In this document: in pieces, positions 46,523 through 49,532 of the stretch | Layout of the letters: each line of letters begins with the position of its first letter | Position numbering within the stretch: position 1 is the stretch's first letter | Source: Rozella allomycis CSF55 | Lineage: Eukaryota | Assembly: GCA_000442015.1 (NCBI GenBank) | Contig: KE560735.1 | Coordinates: 1-49,532 of the forward strand | Reading direction: 5' to 3' | Length of the DNA: 49,532 nucleotides | Translations under genes and position numbers: made by a program | Notes under the pieces: model-generated | What the model saw: the letters and a program-made list of their open reading frames with translations, nothing else | What the model was told of the DNA's origin: nothing | Databases searched by the model: none

Positions 46523-47707
46523 TTATTGGCCATTTAAACATTCTTCATTCAAGAGATCTTTAGCCATTACCAAATCTAATTTTGAAACAGACTTATCTTT
46601 ATTCAAAAGGTCTTTCGAGGCATAAATAATTTTCTTAGAATCGAAATGCATTCGGATATATTCTTTAACCTCGGAAATCGGTGCCACAGTAGTTTTAAAA
46701 CGCCCGCCCAATAATCTATCCGGTACGCTTTTATCAAAGAGAAAATACGGATGAAACGTAGAACCTGCCTTGTACAAGCCGTCTTCTATTGGAGTGTTAG
46801 GCAATATGAAATGTTTTTCAGCCTCTAAGGGCGTAAATTCTAAATAATAAGCTATGTAGCTGTCCTGTCTAAGGTACCCATGGGTGCAAGCAAGATTTGT
46901 TAAATCACCATTTCTGTAAAAATATCCAGCAAAGAGAGTGTATGAATATGAATAAATAATAGCAAGAGCATTATTTCTTGGGTTGAGAACTGAAGAACGT
47001 ATCAATTCGCAAATGTCCTCGCCCTTCTTGCTCATTATTAGGGGATCCAGGGCGACCTTTTCCTTGCCATCTACTATTGTTTTAATTATTTTTGTAGATC
47101 TATAAAGCAATATCTTATTGTTTTGTATCGCATTCATTTCTGCCTTTACTAGAGTTTCGTAGACTGAATCACTAATGAAAGGCCCCTTGTAACATCCAGG
47201 CAAGTTTGTATTTAACATAAATTTTTGATAAATTTTAGCAGAAAGATCATAATCATTGGGCGAAATGTGTGACATTTCAAGATACCCTTGATACTCAATG
47301 AACAATTTAAGAAAGTTGTAAAATTGAAATGTGCTACTGTATAAAAATGAATTTGGAATTTGATGTGGACCTTCCGCATAGTCATTATGCATTTGAATAG
47401 CGAATAGTTCGAAAACTGTTGAAGGTACTTTTAGAACACCTACAAACATGTCGTTTTCCAAATGGATTCCGGTTTTTAGCTGATTATCGATTTCAGTAAA
47501 GTCTCCTTTAAACACAGGCCATGTATACTCTTTCAGAATCTTAAAACACTCTATTTCTACTGATGACTTAGTTTCTGAAAACAGAGAGTTGTAAATTGTG
47601 TTTTCGGATTCTTCAAGTGGTGCTATAAGACCGGATCTATCCGCTACAAATGGTATGTGCACGACAGACGTTGCTACCACCGCAAGTAGAATCCAAAAAA
47701 AATTCAT
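46523..47707 (-). CDS. Secreted protein (394 aa) with ADP-ribosyltransferase-like motifs, candidate effector
   Basis: Signal-peptide-like MNFFWILLAVVATSVV, then ILLYRS ... YSYSYTLFAG ... GSTFHP. Intronless. The ORF is solid; the fold assignment is tentative. Confidence 0.55.
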   Translation of the reverse strand: MNFFWILLAVVATSVVHIPFVADRSGLIAPLEESENTIYNSLFSETKSSVEIECFKILKEYTWPVFKGDFTEIDNQLKTGIHLENDMFVGVLKVPSTVFELFAIQMHNDYAEGPHQIPNSFLYSSTFQFYNFLKLFIEYQGYLEMSHISPNDYDLSAKIYQKFMLNTNLPGCYKGPFISDSVYETLVKAEMNAIQNNKILLYRSTKIIKTIVDGKEKVALDPLIMSKKGEDICELIRSSVLNPRNNALAIIYSYSYTLFAGYFYRNGDLTNLACTHGYLRQDSYIAYYLEFTPLEAEKHFILPNTPIEDGLYKAGSTFHPYFLFDKSVPDRLLGGRFKTTVAPISEVKEYIRMHFDSKKIIYASKDLLNKDKSVSKLDLVMAKDLLNEECLNGQ

Positions 47708-48143
47708 GTGGCTTGTTCGTGAATAACTTATTTAGAGGCTTGTTTCCTTTCCATAGATTTCTGAATTACTTAAGCCATATCATTGATTATAAGCGATAAT
47801 CGATCAGAAAGTTTTTCTTCATAGATATTGGAATCGTACCAAAAATGATAATTTGCTCTAAATCTATTCTATCAGATTTTCAGAATGTGTTTCCATAGAG
47901 TATAATTCGCTGAAAAGCTGGNTTTCCATAGAGTATAATTCGCTGAAAAGCTGGCAATATTTAAAAATAAATCAACGCTGCAGATTTACCCTATAGTTTT
48001 TGGAATAAACGGCATTTCTTGAAACAATTGACATATTTAAGTAAGATAAGTTTGTTTTATGTTGAAAAAATATAATTTTGAGTGAGATTTTTTGTTCACC
48101 TATTTTCTATCTTCAAATTACAAATTTCAATCACCCTGGCATT

Positions 48144-49470
48144 ATGATATCACCCTCAAAGATAAGATACATATCAATTTTATTACACCTAACTGGAATG
48201 CTATACATAACTCTGTATCCCAAAGTTTGGCGTAACACATACATATCTGAAAATGCCCTAATGCCGGATTACGCGTCTACTACCTTCAATATCAATCACT
48301 GGGAGCAAATGAAAAAGATAAAATCAAATTTTCAAAGTAACTTATCGTTTGAGGACATTCAATCCTTGCTTCCAAAACATTTTTGTACTTTTTCTGACGA
48401 AACGTTACTTTTCAATTCAAATACCGGCTTATCGCACCGATGGCACAGAGGCTGTAATATTTGGTTTCCCTTTCAAAGAAAGCAATATATGGGGTATATC
48501 AATGGGAGTTGTATTAAGCAATCTATTTTCCAGCTTTAATTACATGGCGAAAGATGTGCACTTGGTATTTTATAGAGAATCTTTAAAAGATTGGCTACAT
48601 TCTTATTATTTAGAAAAAAAAATTGTGGATATAGACGAGCAAGAATGTTTTGGCGGCATTTTACAGGCTGGTTTGGTACTGGACATAGAGCTTCCAAAAG
48701 AAGCAGAACAGGGGAAAGCATACGTTAAATATGAAGGACCGGATGGTTTACTCCCCAATTTGGATTTACTAAACTCATTCTTTAGGATCGCAAGTGTTCA
48801 TGGTAATATCGGGCTGTCATCAATATCGTACTTGTTAAACAATGATGTAGTTGGATATTTCAAGGGGCTGTTTTCAATATTGTTTTCTCTTGGCACAAGA
48901 GCAATTTTTTATGATTCTGAACATCATGGTGCTTTACTCAAATACAGAATCGAAGCATTTACGCTTGGAATGATGGATTCAGATCGAAAAAACCCGAATA
49001 TTGATACCAGATTATACGACTTGTTTCCAATGATTGAGTCATTATGGAGAAGCGTTAATAATATTTTGGAGCGATTCCACCAGTCATTCTTCTTCTATCT
49101 ACTGCCAGATCAGTTGCATTACATATCAATTTCCTATTATATGCCGGCGGTTGGTCTTTTTATATTATCTCAAGCAATAATGTTAATAACAATTTGGAAT
49201 AATTTTAGGTCGGACATCTCAAAACACCATACGTATGGTAAAGTTACTTCGTCTGCTTTGACTTTATCATTCTTCTTCATCGCGTTAATTAAAGAACGTC
49301 TAATTTTGTCATTGCTTTTGGTGATAATATGGAAAACTATATGTGGAAATGTATTTAAAGACACCTTAGCTAGATTCATGCTCATTGCTTGGATAGTGAC
49401 TGTTTCATCTTACGACTTTGCTTTGGTCTATATTTGTTCCCCTCTATTTTATATTACTCTGCTTAAATAA
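48144..49470 (+). CDS. GAA1: GPI transamidase subunit GAA1 (apparent +1 frameshift near 48340-48410)
   Basis: RNTYISENALMP, AYRTDGTEAV, YMAKD, GLLPNLDL, RSVNNILERFHQSFFFYLL, ISYYMP and C-terminal TMs. Confidence 0.9.
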
Positions 49471-49498
49471 AAAAATAGCTTACTCTATCAAAAAAAAG

Positions 49499-49532
49499 CA
49501 CCCAACGCGAGGGTCGAACTCGCAACCTTGAG
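49499..49532 (-). tRNA. tRNA 3' half truncated by the window edge (probably Lys; anticodon outside the window)
   Basis: Minus strand CTCAAGGTT-GCGAG-TTCGACC-CTCGC-GTTGGGT-G followed by a T-run terminator. Confidence 0.85.

Noticed and set aside
47890..47954. Perfect 32-bp tandem repeat separated by a single N
   Set aside because: Typical unmerged contig overlap at a scaffold join. It is not a biological repeat or a CRISPR unit.

Overview
Gene-dense, AT-rich eukaryotic DNA with very short GT-AG introns (about 24-33 nt) that break most genes across several ORF-track entries. Flagellar genes (CatSper-beta, AK9, a DPY30/DYDC-like protein), a SYP7-type SNARE, a Crinkler-type NTPase-nuclease gene and intronless secreted proteins suggest an early-diverging zoosporic fungal parasite such as Rozella (inference). 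About 25 protein genes and two tRNAs (one partial) are present, mostly housekeeping. Most notable observations: (1) a complete 7-exon CatSper-beta orthologue with an extra PKD-like N-terminal segment; (2) a Crinkler effector inserted between two copies of a ~2.7 kb duplication that decayed reciprocally, next to stacked Helitron-like hairpin+CTAG ends; (3) a convergent pair of intronless secreted candidate effectors, one with an F-box and one with ADP-ribosyltransferase-like motifs; (4) an ~11 kb domain of repeated C-rich to G-rich strand-skew flips around TOM1; (5) many 27-nt stop-free in-frame introns. Family calls come from motif recognition, not database searches.
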